Shown here: piece by piece, positions 20,808 to 30,905 of the stretch
Layout: each line of letters opens with the position of its first letter
Numbering within the stretch: position 1 is the stretch's first letter
Assembly (NCBI GenBank): GCA_965224275.1
Contig: CBDCYR010000002.1
Location: 192,902-256,901 of the forward strand
Length of the DNA stretch: 64,000 nt
Source of the DNA: Alphaproteobacteria bacterium
Lineage (GTDB): Bacteria > Pseudomonadota > Alphaproteobacteria > SHVV01
Reading direction: 5' to 3'
Translations under genes and position numbers: made by a program
The notes under the pieces: model-generated
What the model was told of the DNA's origin: nothing
The model's input: only the letters and a program-made list of their open reading frames with translations
Databases searched by the model: none

Positions 20808-23800
20808 TTTGTCGCGCCAATTCTGGATCTCAGGCGCTGTCGCCTTGGTGATTATCGCCATAAGCCTCACCGCACTGCACCGATCTTACATACGCCATGA
20901 ACTGGTGGACGCCGCGAAGGCGACGGCGACATTGCTAGGCCACACAATGGTCAACGCAACCGGCAGTCGCCTCAGCCTCTACATTGCGGCTGCCGCAGGA
21001 CTCGATAATGAGGCACTCGCCCAGAACGCGACGAAACGCGACCTCGCATCGGTTATCGCCGAATCCACTCGCGCCCTTCCTATCGTTGCCGTCGAGCTGC
21101 ACGACTCTCGGGGACGCACGATTTTTTCAACTGAATCGAACCGAATCGGTCGTCTCAACAAATCTGCCGGCGGAATCGTATCGGCGATCAATGGTGGCAA
21201 GACTATCGCCCGCCAACATCGTGCCGAGATCGCCTCTTTACCGGGCAAAGAAGCAACTGTGGATGTCGTCGACGCCTACGTACCGATCGTTGAAAACGGA
21301 ACCACGATCGGCGCGCTCCACCTTTTCACCGATGCCTCACCAATTGCCACCCAGGTATGGCGCAGCAACGGCGCCTTTTTCCTCACCATTAGCCTCGTCC
21401 TGGGCGCCATTTACCTCGTTCTATTCGTTGTCAATCGCAACTCTCGGATAATCCTGCGGCACTCACAGGAAGGCCTGCGCCACCGTTTTGACAAGCAAAA
21501 CGATGAACTCAACCGCACCCAGGAACGCTTTGAGCGGGTGTTCCGTCATAGCCCTGCGCTGCTAACGATCGCAGACGTTGACGACGGCACCATCTACGAC
21601 GCCAACGATAGTTGGCTCACCACCCTTGGTTTCGTACGCGACGAAGCGATCGGGCGCACGACCTGGGATCTCAACATATGGGTCTGTCCCGAGCACCGGG
21701 CCGAAATCCTAAGATCGCTCGAGGAAAACGCCGTCGTCACCGAATTTCGCACCCAATTTAGGACCAAGTCAGGGGGAATCCTGGAGGTGTTGGTATCCGC
21801 CGAAGTTGTGGCGTTCGACGGGCGCCGGGTGATGATGGGCACGGCGACCGATATCACCGAGCAGCAGCGCGTGGAAAGCAGGCTGCGCTACGCGAATGCG
21901 AGGTTGAACGACAAGGTCGAAGCACTCTATCGCTCAGAAGCACTGTTAGCGGAGAAGTCCAATATCCTGCAGGCGGTGCTGGAAAACGTCGAGCAGGGCA
22001 TCACCGCGTTTGACAAAGATTTCCGATTGGCGGCGTGGAATGAACGCGCTCGCGAGCTCCTCGATCTCGGTACCCTCGATCAGTGGCCGGACGTCCGCGC
22101 CGAGGATTTGTTTCGCCACATCGCCAGCCGCGGTGAATACGGCGATGGCGATGTCGAGCAGGTGGTCCGCGAACGTCTGAGGATGGCAGAAAGCCGTGAA
22201 CCCCGTCGTTACGAGAGAACCCGCCCCGACGGCAGAGTTCTCCAGGTTGCGAGCGATCCGTTACCGGGCGGTGGATTTGCGACCGCGTTCACCGACGTCA
22301 CCTTGCAGCGCAAAACCGAGGAGGTCCTGCGCGATCGCGTGTCCGAACACACAATGGAACTCGAAGCTGAAATCGAGGAGCGCAAACGTGTCCAGCAGGC
22401 GCTGATCTGGGCTAACGACCGGTTTCACAAAGCGTTCTATGCCAGCCCCAGCATGATCGCGATCATGGGCAGTGACGACGGCGTCTATCACGAGGTGAAC
22501 GAGGAGTGGGCCACAACAATGGGCTACGCCCGCGAGGAGGCGATCGGCAAATCAGCGTGGGAACTTGGCATCTGGGCGAACGCCGACGAGCGCAAGCGAG
22601 CGGTCCAACTTCTCAATGAACTCGGCTCCCTGCGCAACTTCGAAACTCAATTCCGCTGCAAGGACGGCTCGATAATCGACGGCGAGTTTTCGGCAGAGTT
22701 GGTCGAACTCGACGGCAAGCAAGCGATTCTCGGGGTTGCCAACGACATCACGGAACGCAAGCGCGCTGAAATTGAGCTGCAAAGCGCCAATGACCGCTTC
22801 ACCAAGGCATTTCGCGCAAATCCCCACATGACTGCGATTATCGGCCGCGAGGACGGCGTCCTGCACAACGTCAACGACAGTTGGACCCGCAATATGGGCT
22901 TCACCGCGGACGAAGCCATTGGCGCGTCGGTGTTTAGCCTCGATATTTGGGTCGACCCGCAGGAGCGCAGCCGCGCGCTCTCAAACATCACCGAACAGGG
23001 TTCTGTTCACGACTTTGAAACGCGTTTTCGTACCAAGTCGGGCGACATCATCGACGTTATTTACGCCGCCGAGCCCGTAGAAATCGACGGTCGCGACGTG
23101 CTGCTCGCGGTATCGACGGACATTACCGCACGCAAACGAGCGGAGGAGGAGGCCCGCAAGGCGAACGAGCGATTCTCCAAAGCCTTCCACTCCAGCCCGA
23201 ACCTCGTCGCCATGATGTCGGCCAAGGACGGCACGTTCCATGATGTCAATGACTACTGGTTGAGCAAACTCGGTTACGTCCGTTCCGAGGTTATTGGGAA
23301 GAGGGCTGGTGATCTCGGTATCTGGGCCGAAGCGGAAGACCTCGAGCAGGCGAACGAGGTCATGCGCACGAGCGGCCACATACGCGACCTCGAAGCGCGC
23401 TTCCGAGCCAAAGATGGAACCATCATTCATGGCCTCCACGGGGCCGAGAAGATCGAGATCGATGGCCAGACGATGTACCTGCAATCGACTGCGGACATCA
23501 CCGCCAGGAAAGCTGCCGAGAATGAGGTGCTCCTGGCAAATGAACGTTTCTATAAGGCGTTTGCAGCGAGCCCCAGCCTCTACGCCATCGTCGGATTCAA
23601 CGACGCCGTCCTGCGCGAGGTCAACGTGCAATGGACGGAGATTCTTGGTTTTACGCGCGAAGAAACGGTCGGGCGGTCGATCTGGGATTTTGATATCTGG
23701 ATCGACCCGAAGGCCCACGAACGCATCGTCGAATTGGTCAAGCTGAACGGCAACGTTCGCGATTTCGAGACCAGGTTCCGAACCAAGAACGAGGAGGTCA

Positions 23801-25101
23801 TCGACGTTCTCTATTCCGCCCAGCGCACCGAACTTGGCGGCGAGGATGTCCTGCTGGCAAGCGCAACCGATATCACCGGGCTTAAACGCGCCGATGCGGA
23901 GCTTCGTCATGCCAACGAGCGTCTATTCCAGGTTTTTCAATCGCTGCCTCAGGCGGCTGCGGTGAGCACGGTCGACGATGGCGCCCTGCGCTACGTTAAC
24001 GCCAAATGGCTCGAGACATTTGGCTTCTCCAGCGAGGAAGCGCTGGGCAAGACGACCGACGAGCTCGGTTTGTGGGTCGACGAAAAGTCCCGGGCACAGG
24101 CCTTCGAAACAGTCGTTAATCAGGGAAGTTTGCGTGACTTCGAAACCGTCATGCGGACCAGCGGCGGTCGAGAAATCGATGCTCTCCTTGCCATCGAAAG
24201 TCTTGAGATCGGCGGCGAGGATGTCGTTTTGGCCATCACCAGCGACATCACCGCGCGCAAGAGTGCCGAACGCGAGCTCCTGGCGGCAAAGGATGATCTC
24301 GAGCGCCGCGTTGAAGAACGGACCCACGAGCTGATCGAGGCCAAAGAAGCGGCTGAGACTGCCAACGTCGCGAAATCGCAGTTCGTCTCAAACATGAGCC
24401 ACGAGCTGCGCACACCCCTCAACGCGATCATTGGCTATAGCGAAATGTTGGGCGAGGAAGCTGTCGAGCGCTCATTGACGACATTCTCTTCCGATCTCGA
24501 ACGAATTAACTCCGCCGGCAATCATCTGCTTCATCTGATCGACGAGGTACTCGATCTCTCAAAGATCGAGGCTGGCAAATTCGATCTCGAACTCACCGCA
24601 TTCGACGTTTCAAAACTCGTTCGCGATTCCGCAGCCACCGTTGAAGCACTGGCGAAAAAGAATGGCAACGTTCTGCGGATCGAAAATTTCGAAGACGTGG
24701 GTCCGGTCGTTGGCGATGGAACCAAGGTCAAACAAATTCTCATGAATCTGTTGAGCAACGCCGCAAAGTTTACGACCAACGGTGAGATCATCTTGCAAGT
24801 CAGGCGAAGCTCCAACAGATCCCCAAATTTGATTTTCTCCGTTACCGATACCGGCATCGGCATCGCATCCGACAAGCTCGCGCAAATATTTAATCCGTTC
24901 AGCCAGGCCGACGGATCCACCACCCGGAAGTTTGGCGGGACCGGCCTTGGGTTGGCGATAACCCGTCGTTTCTGCCGGATGATGGGTGGCGACGTGGAAG
25001 TGAAAAGTGAAATTGGGCGCGGCACAACATTTACGGTCACCCTACCGCTTCTCAATGCGTGCGAACGCGAACGCGATGCTCAGCCGGTTTTCGCGGCCTA
25101 G
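20800..25101 (+). CDS. Giant membrane-anchored multi-PAS (~9 PAS/PAC modules) sensor histidine kinase, no receiver
   Basis: An N-terminal TM plus periplasmic-like segment with a second TM is followed by nine sequential ~125-aa PAS units. Each unit opens with a near-identical 'ANERF/ANDRF-(x)KAF-x-SP' motif. Then come HisKA ('SHELRTPLNAIIGYSEML') and HATPase_c ('GTGLGLAITRRFCRMMGG'). The ATG at 20800 overlaps the upstream stop (ATGCGTAG); an alternative GTG lies at 20770. Confidence 0.9.
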   Translation: MRSLSRQFWISGAVALVIIAISLTALHRSYIRHELVDAAKATATLLGHTMVNATGSRLSLYIAAAAGLDNEALAQNATKRDLASVIAESTRALPIVAVELHDSRGRTIFSTESNRIGRLNKSAGGIVSAINGGKTIARQHRAEIASLPGKEATVDVVDAYVPIVENGTTIGALHLFTDASPIATQVWRSNGAFFLTISLVLGAIYLVLFVVNRNSRIILRHSQEGLRHRFDKQNDELNRTQERFERVFRHSPALLTIADVDDGTIYDANDSWLTTLGFVRDEAIGRTTWDLNIWVCPEHRAEILRSLEENAVVTEFRTQFRTKSGGILEVLVSAEVVAFDGRRVMMGTATDITEQQRVESRLRYANARLNDKVEALYRSEALLAEKSNILQAVLENVEQGITAFDKDFRLAAWNERARELLDLGTLDQWPDVRAEDLFRHIASRGEYGDGDVEQVVRERLRMAESREPRRYERTRPDGRVLQVASDPLPGGGFATAFTDVTLQRKTEEVLRDRVSEHTMELEAEIEERKRVQQALIWANDRFHKAFYASPSMIAIMGSDDGVYHEVNEEWATTMGYAREEAIGKSAWELGIWANADERKRAVQLLNELGSLRNFETQFRCKDGSIIDGEFSAELVELDGKQAILGVANDITERKRAEIELQSANDRFTKAFRANPHMTAIIGREDGVLHNVNDSWTRNMGFTADEAIGASVFSLDIWVDPQERSRALSNITEQGSVHDFETRFRTKSGDIIDVIYAAEPVEIDGRDVLLAVSTDITARKRAEEEARKANERFSKAFHSSPNLVAMMSAKDGTFHDVNDYWLSKLGYVRSEVIGKRAGDLGIWAEAEDLEQANEVMRTSGHIRDLEARFRAKDGTIIHGLHGAEKIEIDGQTMYLQSTADITARKAAENEVLLANERFYKAFAASPSLYAIVGFNDAVLREVNVQWTEILGFTREETVGRSIWDFDIWIDPKAHERIVELVKLNGNVRDFETRFRTKNEEVIDVLYSAQRTELGGEDVLLASATDITGLKRADAELRHANERLFQVFQSLPQAAAVSTVDDGALRYVNAKWLETFGFSSEEALGKTTDELGLWVDEKSRAQAFETVVNQGSLRDFETVMRTSGGREIDALLAIESLEIGGEDVVLAITSDITARKSAERELLAAKDDLERRVEERTHELIEAKEAAETANVAKSQFVSNMSHELRTPLNAIIGYSEMLGEEAVERSLTTFSSDLERINSAGNHLLHLIDEVLDLSKIEAGKFDLELTAFDVSKLVRDSAATVEALAKKNGNVLRIENFEDVGPVVGDGTKVKQILMNLLSNAAKFTTNGEIILQVRRSSNRSPNLIFSVTDTGIGIASDKLAQIFNPFSQADGSTTRKFGGTGLGLAITRRFCRMMGGDVEVKSEIGRGTTFTVTLPLLNACERERDAQPVFAA

Positions 25102-25140
25102 ACGTTGACGCTAAGTGCGCCACGAACAAAGGAGAGAGAT

Positions 25141-25611
25141 ATGCCGAGAAAACTATTGATGCTGGGACTGATGCTGGTATCGCTCAGCGGCTTACCGGCG
25201 TTTGCCGAAAACGACCGCACAATCCTGACGATACACGGCCCCAACGGCCAACTCGGGTACACCCGAACGACGCTTGCCTTACAGGGCATGGTTGAAATCA
25301 AAACAACAACGCCATGGACCGAAGGAGAAGTCACCTTCCGCGGTGTCCTGGCGCATGATGTTTTCAAAACCGCCAAAATAGACTCCGGCGCCGTTCACGC
25401 GATCGCCCTCAACGATTACAAAGTTGAGATCCCGGTCGCCGATTTCGAAAAATACGGTGTGTTGTTGGCGATGGAGATGAACGGATCCGAGTTGACCGTT
25501 CGGGAGAAGGGTCCGATCTGGATCATCTACCCGGATTCGACCAGCGATCACACCAGCGCGACCTTGCGTAGCCGCATGGTTTGGCAGCTCAAGGAACTTC
25601 GGGCGCTCTAA
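25141..25611 (+). CDS. Small periplasmic protein with sulfite-oxidase/YedY-like (Moco-domain) fold, no cysteine
   Basis: The signal peptide 'MPRKLLMLGLMLVSLSGLPAFA' is followed by 'FRGVLAHDVF...ALNDYKVEIP...VLLAMEMNGSELTVREKGPIWIIYP'. This closely mirrors the SUOX Moco-domain signature '[24 protein letters not shown]'. The mature protein has no Cys at all. The gene ends 5 bp before the next sensor kinase. Confidence 0.6.
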   Translation: MPRKLLMLGLMLVSLSGLPAFAENDRTILTIHGPNGQLGYTRTTLALQGMVEIKTTTPWTEGEVTFRGVLAHDVFKTAKIDSGAVHAIALNDYKVEIPVADFEKYGVLLAMEMNGSELTVREKGPIWIIYPDSTSDHTSATLRSRMVWQLKELRAL

Positions 25612-25615
25612 CGAG

Positions 25616-27793
25616 ATGCGAAACATCCGTTCCTATGCGATTACAACGCTCGTGCTGGTGGTTCTGAGCGCGACTCTGATCTTCAGCTTGTACCGCTTGG
25701 GTGATGGATACCGCTCGGTCGAAAGCGGTCTGAGGACGGGGTCGTGGATGGCATCGCAAGCGGAGTTCGAACATCTCCGTTTGCTACGTGCGATCGATCT
25801 TTTCTACGCGGCCGACATTGATCAGGCGGAACTGCTATTGCGTCGCGATCTGTTTTGGAGTCGCGTCCCTCTGCTAACCAACGGGGCCGAAGCCGAGCAT
25901 CTGCGGAAAATCAAGGATGTGTACGAACTCGCGGCCGATCTCGAACGCGCGCTCGAAAAATCGATTCCACTATTTCAAGGTTTCAGTCCCGGTGACGAGG
26001 TCACTTATCGGGAAGCGAGAGAACTTTTCGAGCCACTAGCCCCGCGCTTGCACGAACTCCATCTCGAAACCTCCGGGCGCGGTTTTTCGCAAGCCATCGT
26101 CGATCGCGTGCTGGACTTGTATCGGTGGCTGCTTATCGGCTTGATTTGTGCAACCGCCGCCACCGTCGTGGTGGTTGCGATTGTCGTTTCGCAACTCCGG
26201 CGCGCGCGGGCTGCCAAGGATCAAATCCAAGCGACAACGCAGGAACTAACCGAAACGTCGTCACGACTTGACGACCTCGTCACCAACCTTCCGGCAGCGG
26301 TTGTGCTTGCCGATGCCGCGGGCGTCTACCGACACGCTAATCCCGTGTACTGCCAATGGGCCGGTTTGACCCTAAACGAAGTCGTCGGCAAAACCGCCGG
26401 CGATATCTTCCCGGCAGAGGTTGCCAGTCGGCTTGAGGATCTAAATCGCAAAGTCATTGAGGAGCGTCAGGCCATTCAAGAAGAGGTCGAGATTCCTATT
26501 AAAGGCGAGCCGAAAATCCGCTCGTTGTTGAAGTTTCCGATCTTCGATGCCGACCGCAACATTGTCGGCGTTGGCTCGGTGAGCACCGATCTCACCGCAC
26601 AACGCGAAGCCGAGCGCCGCCTGGAGCGGGCCCATCGCATGGAAACCGTGGGACAACTCTCCGGCGGCATGGCTCACGATTTCAACAATCTATTAATGGT
26701 GATTCGCGGCAACCTCGATCTTCTGCGGGAAGAACTCGGCGCCAACCCCACCGCCGCTACGAAAATCGATCGTGCGCTCAGAGGCGTCGATCGCGGCACT
26801 CAAATTATCCAGAGACTGCTGGCATTCGCACGCCAACAATATCTGTCGCCGATCCCGGTCCGCATCGACACGCTGTTCGAGCAAACCAAGGCGCTGCTCG
26901 AACGAACCCTGCGTGAGAATATTCAACTTGAGATCGACATTGCGCCCAAACTGCCATCGGTGCTTGTCGATCCCGTCCAATTCGAGTCGGCGTTGATCAA
27001 TCTGGCTCTAAACGCGCAAGACGCGATGGAAGACGGCGGATTACTGAGATTTACAGCGCGCAAAAGCGATACGACCGGGGATAAAACGCCGGCCCAGATT
27101 TCGGTTTCGGTTTCCGATAGCGGGACCGGCATCCGACCCGAGTTGTTGGACCGTGTGATCGAGCCTTTCTACACAACCAAACTTGTTGGTAAAGGCTCCG
27201 GGCTCGGTCTCAGCATGGTGTATGGGTTTGCCAAGCAGACCGGCGGCGAGATGAAAATAGACAGCGCCCTCGGGGAAGGAACAACCGTGACAATCTCGCT
27301 CCCAGCAACCCTCCAAACCAGCGTCACCGATGCCGACGATGGCGACGTTATTCAAGGCTCGGCCACGATTCTGGTGGTCGAAGATGAGCCGGACGTACGT
27401 TCGGTCGCCGAGGGATTGTTAGGCGAACTCGGTTACAATGTTATCTGTGCCGAACATGGTTCGGATGCGCTTAAAGTTCTCGAATCCAGCGTACGTCTAG
27501 ATCTGCTGTTCACCGATATGGTGCTGCCGGGCAATGTGAGCGGCCGCACCTTGGTCGAAATTACCCGCGTATTGCGGCCGGAAACCAAGGTGTTGGCGAC
27601 GTCAGGCTATGCCCAGGAAATGATTGAACGCGAGGGCGCCTTACCGATCGGGGTCACGTTGCTCGCCAAACCCTATTCCCTAAAGGCGCTCTCGATCGCC
27701 ATCGAACAAACACTGTCGTCGCAAACACCCCACCTTCCGGGCATTCCAGTACCCCGGGTTGGCGAAGAACGATGCATGGCGGCTCAGTCATGA
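25616..27793 (+). CDS. Membrane hybrid sensor histidine kinase (TM-periplasmic helical domain-TM, PAS, HisKA, HATPase_c, REC)
   Basis: 725 aa. Two TM segments flank a ~150-aa periplasmic region. The kinase has H-box '[19 protein letters not shown]', G-box '[12 protein letters not shown]' and a C-terminal REC 'ILVVEDEPDV...LLFTDMVLPG'. Confidence 0.9.
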   Translation: MRNIRSYAITTLVLVVLSATLIFSLYRLGDGYRSVESGLRTGSWMASQAEFEHLRLLRAIDLFYAADIDQAELLLRRDLFWSRVPLLTNGAEAEHLRKIKDVYELAADLERALEKSIPLFQGFSPGDEVTYREARELFEPLAPRLHELHLETSGRGFSQAIVDRVLDLYRWLLIGLICATAATVVVVAIVVSQLRRARAAKDQIQATTQELTETSSRLDDLVTNLPAAVVLADAAGVYRHANPVYCQWAGLTLNEVVGKTAGDIFPAEVASRLEDLNRKVIEERQAIQEEVEIPIKGEPKIRSLLKFPIFDADRNIVGVGSVSTDLTAQREAERRLERAHRMETVGQLSGGMAHDFNNLLMVIRGNLDLLREELGANPTAATKIDRALRGVDRGTQIIQRLLAFARQQYLSPIPVRIDTLFEQTKALLERTLRENIQLEIDIAPKLPSVLVDPVQFESALINLALNAQDAMEDGGLLRFTARKSDTTGDKTPAQISVSVSDSGTGIRPELLDRVIEPFYTTKLVGKGSGLGLSMVYGFAKQTGGEMKIDSALGEGTTVTISLPATLQTSVTDADDGDVIQGSATILVVEDEPDVRSVAEGLLGELGYNVICAEHGSDALKVLESSVRLDLLFTDMVLPGNVSGRTLVEITRVLRPETKVLATSGYAQEMIEREGALPIGVTLLAKPYSLKALSIAIEQTLSSQTPHLPGIPVPRVGEERCMAAQS

Positions 27794-27894
27794 GTCCAGT
27801 GATCTAGTCGAAGCGCACGCCACCAACCCCTCGTCGGGGTTCAATCCTTTCCTTATCTCCTGGCGTCGATTCGCCACCAATCCAGACTCGCGAT

Positions 27895-29561
27895 ATGGAT
27901 AATCACCCATTACGTAAAGCCGCCAATGACGAGGCCGGACGTCTCGACACATCGGCCGTGATCGATAGCTCAGGTGGAATGACCAACGTGGCGATCAGCG
28001 ATAAGGCCAAAGTGCTCGAGCAATTGCTCGAAACAACCCAGGAAGGTTTCTGGTTTATCGACACCGATACCAGGACCATCGACGTCAACCCCGCCATGTG
28101 CAGGATCCTCGGCCCGCCGCGGGAGGAAATCCTCGGGCGGACGATTTTTGAGTTCGTCGATGATGCCAATACCGAAATCTTTCACCAACAGATCGCGGCC
28201 CGCAGACAAGGTCAGCACGGCAGTTACGAGATCGCGCTACGGCGATCCGACGGCACCAACATTCCCTGCGTGAACAATGCAACGGCGGTGTTTGACGATA
28301 ATGGCGAGCGCATTGCCTCGATCGGATTGTGGACCGACATCACCGAAATAAAGGAGAGTCAAAACCGTCTGGTCGCGGCCAAAGAAGAAGCCGAGAGCGC
28401 CAATCGCGCCAAATCTGAGTTTCTCTCTAGTATGAGCCACGAACTGAGGACGCCATTGCACGCGGTGCTCGGATTCGCCGAGCTCCTGGCATCGGATGCC
28501 GACCATCCCTTGAACCAGGTGCAACTTGGTCGCCTGCAACGCATCTTGAACAGCGGCGACCATCTCCTCAGTCTTATCGAGGGCGTCCTCGACCTCGCAC
28601 AAATCGAGCGCGGTGATGTCACGCTTTCAATTACCAGAGTGACCCCGCCGGAGGCTCTTGTCCGCTGCGTCGACATCGGCAGGGCGATGGCGCAAAAACG
28701 CGGTCTCGAGTTGCATGTTCTCGACTGCGACGACGAAGTGCCCGCGATCCTCGCCGATGCGACCCGACTGCAGCAGATCCTGCTTAATCTGTTTTCCAAC
28801 GCGGTCAAATACAATCGCGACGGCGGCACGGTAACGCTGCAATGCCAGCCCACGTCGGATGGAATGTTACGATTCGCGGTCACCGATACCGGGATTGGGA
28901 TTGCCAGCGACAAGCACGCCGAGCTGTTTGAGCCGTTTCGCCGATTGGGCATGGAAAGCGGCGCGATCGAGGGCGCCGGTATCGGCCTCACGATTACCCG
29001 CGACCTGGTCGAACTCATGAACGGACGTTTGTCGTTTGAAAGCGAACTCGGTGTCGGCAGCACGTTCTATGTTGATCTACCGTTGGCCCCCGATGACGCG
29101 ACGGGGTCGCGACCCGACCGGGCGCCGACCTCCGCGCCGGTCCCTATCGCCGCAACCACCAGTGCGGTGGTGCCAAACCACAGCCTCGTTCTTTATATCG
29201 AGGACAACCCCGATATTCTTCAACTGGTGGAAGATTACATCGCACCGCGATCGGAACTTGAACTTATCTCGGCCCACAACGCCGAGTTGGGTATGGTGTG
29301 ATCAAAAAGGAGCAGCCCGATCTCGTGCTTGTAGACATCAATCTCCCCGGCATGGACGGAATGGAATTCCAGCGCCGTTTGAAAGCCGACCAGAGCACAC
29401 GTGATATTCCGGTAATCGCGGTTACCGGCGCGGCGATGCAGCATGATCTTGACAACGCCGATGACGCCGGATTCTTCGGCTACCTGACCAAACCTTTCAA
29501 GCTCGCCGAAGTGGTTCTCATCATCCAACAAGCGCTCGCCACCCGCCAGACATCTGCCTAG
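27895..29561 (+). pseudogene. PAS sensor histidine kinase with C-terminal receiver, frameshift in the middle of REC
   Basis: PAS, HisKA ('MSHELRTPLHAVLGFAELL') and HATPase_c are followed by the REC N-half ('LVLYIEDNPDILQLVED'), which ends at the TGA at 29299-29301. The REC C-half ('QPDLVLVDINLPGMDGMEF...LTKPF') is in a different frame from 29298. The shift is adjacent to an A5 run. Possible real pseudogene or assembly indel. Confidence 0.65.
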
Positions 29562-29662
29562 CTCGGCCACCAACCGACGTCAACACGCAACCATCGATGG
29601 GCGGCCGTCAGCTTGCGAACGCGCGATATGGTAAGTTCATCCAACAAACCGAGGAGCTCGCC

Positions 29663-30097
29663 ATGAGTCAAAGCGACTGGGCCAAAGACCACATCCGCCG
29701 CTATCAGGAAACCAACGGCGAAGACGGTCATCTATGGGCCGGCCCCAATGGCAATCAGAGCTTGCCTTGCCTGTTGCTGACCACCACCGGATCCAAATCA
29801 GGTGAGGCCCGTTTGACGCCCTTGATCTACGGTGAGGATGACGGCCGCTACGTCATAATTGCGTCGCGCGGCGGCGCCCCCGAACACCCCTCCTGGTATA
29901 CCAATCTGTTTGCAGACCCGGCGGTAAACCTCCAGATCCTTGCCGATAAGTTCGCCGCCACGGCCCGCATTGCGACCGGCGACGAGCGCGCCAGGCTGTG
30001 GCAATTGATGGCGAAGATCTATCCGCCCTATGACGACTATCAAGACAAGGCCAAAGGTATCCGTGAGATACCGCTGGTCGTTCTCGATCGGGCGTAA
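29663..30097 (+). CDS. Nitroreductase-family deazaflavin (F420H2)-dependent oxidoreductase (DUF385/PF04075-like)
   Basis: Characteristic 'RRYQETNGEDGH...PCLLLTTTG SKSG...TPLIY...YVIIASRGGAPEHPSWYTNL...ERARLW...YPPYDDYQ...REIPLVVL'. The ATG at 29663 is preceded by GAGGAG. Confidence 0.75.
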   Translation: MSQSDWAKDHIRRYQETNGEDGHLWAGPNGNQSLPCLLLTTTGSKSGEARLTPLIYGEDDGRYVIIASRGGAPEHPSWYTNLFADPAVNLQILADKFAATARIATGDERARLWQLMAKIYPPYDDYQDKAKGIREIPLVVLDRA

Positions 30098-30158
30098 GCA
30101 GATCTCCCCACGAAGGGCGCGCCGCCAGCGGCGCGGCCTAGGAAACCCGAACCAGAAG

Positions 30159-30869
30159 TCACCTCTTATAGCCGCGCTCGGCGATCCAATTAGCCAAATC
30201 GGTTTCTCCATACATCAGCGCCAGCATCGACTCGGGCAGAACATCGCGATACTTGCCCACCCTGCGGTCGCCGAGATGCCGGTCGTGCAAGTGGTATACC
30301 GGATCCCGAGAGGTGAGATCGCCGAGCGCTTCTCGTTCTTGCCGGTACCATGCCGAAATTCGTTCAAAGCTAAACTCTTCGAAGACCTCGTTATCGTAGT
30401 GATGATCGAGACCAAGGTAGTCCGCCACCTTCGAGATCGCGATTGGTTCAGCACCATTGATTTCGGTCTCGAAGCGCAGTTCGCCAACGCTCCAACCCTG
30501 CTTTGCCTTCGCTGCCAAAAACCGATCCTTGAGGATGCTTGTCCGGACAAATGATATGAGGAACCGCGGGTCTTCATAATGCCGGGTGCCGCGCTGTATA
30601 TCGGATGCAACGATGTCTCTGATGTCCCGATAGGCGAACAAAAACCGATCGCTGGGGCGGTCGAACCGGCGCCACCACTCCTCGACAGCATGCGCAGACG
30701 GCTGACGCAGATAGTCGTCCATCAGGCTCGATCGAATGACCTCTTGCCGCAATCCATGTTTTTGTAACAGCGCCTTGGCGACATTGAAGACAAACGTTCC
30801 GCCGCTGCGCCACAGCGAACTGGCGACAACTCTGCTGAACTCAGCTTGATTTGGTGCGGGCTCGGTCAT
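30159..30869 (-). CDS. Sulfotransferase-like P-loop protein (tentative)
   Basis: 236 aa. 'WRSGGTFVFN' resembles the 5'-PSB/P-loop of Stf0-type sulfotransferases. The assignment is weak. Confidence 0.45.
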   Translation of the reverse strand: MTEPAPNQAEFSRVVASSLWRSGGTFVFNVAKALLQKHGLRQEVIRSSLMDDYLRQPSAHAVEEWWRRFDRPSDRFLFAYRDIRDIVASDIQRGTRHYEDPRFLISFVRTSILKDRFLAAKAKQGWSVGELRFETEINGAEPIAISKVADYLGLDHHYDNEVFEEFSFERISAWYRQEREALGDLTSRDPVYHLHDRHLGDRRVGKYRDVLPESMLALMYGETDLANWIAERGYKR

Positions 30870-30905
30870 TGGGTGCCCTACAATTCTCCGGCCATGCCGT
30901 CGCGT

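Noticed and set aside
22981-23910. 309-aa minus-strand ORF inside the 9xPAS kinase
   Set aside because: It is antisense to a clearly coding PAS array and has no motifs.
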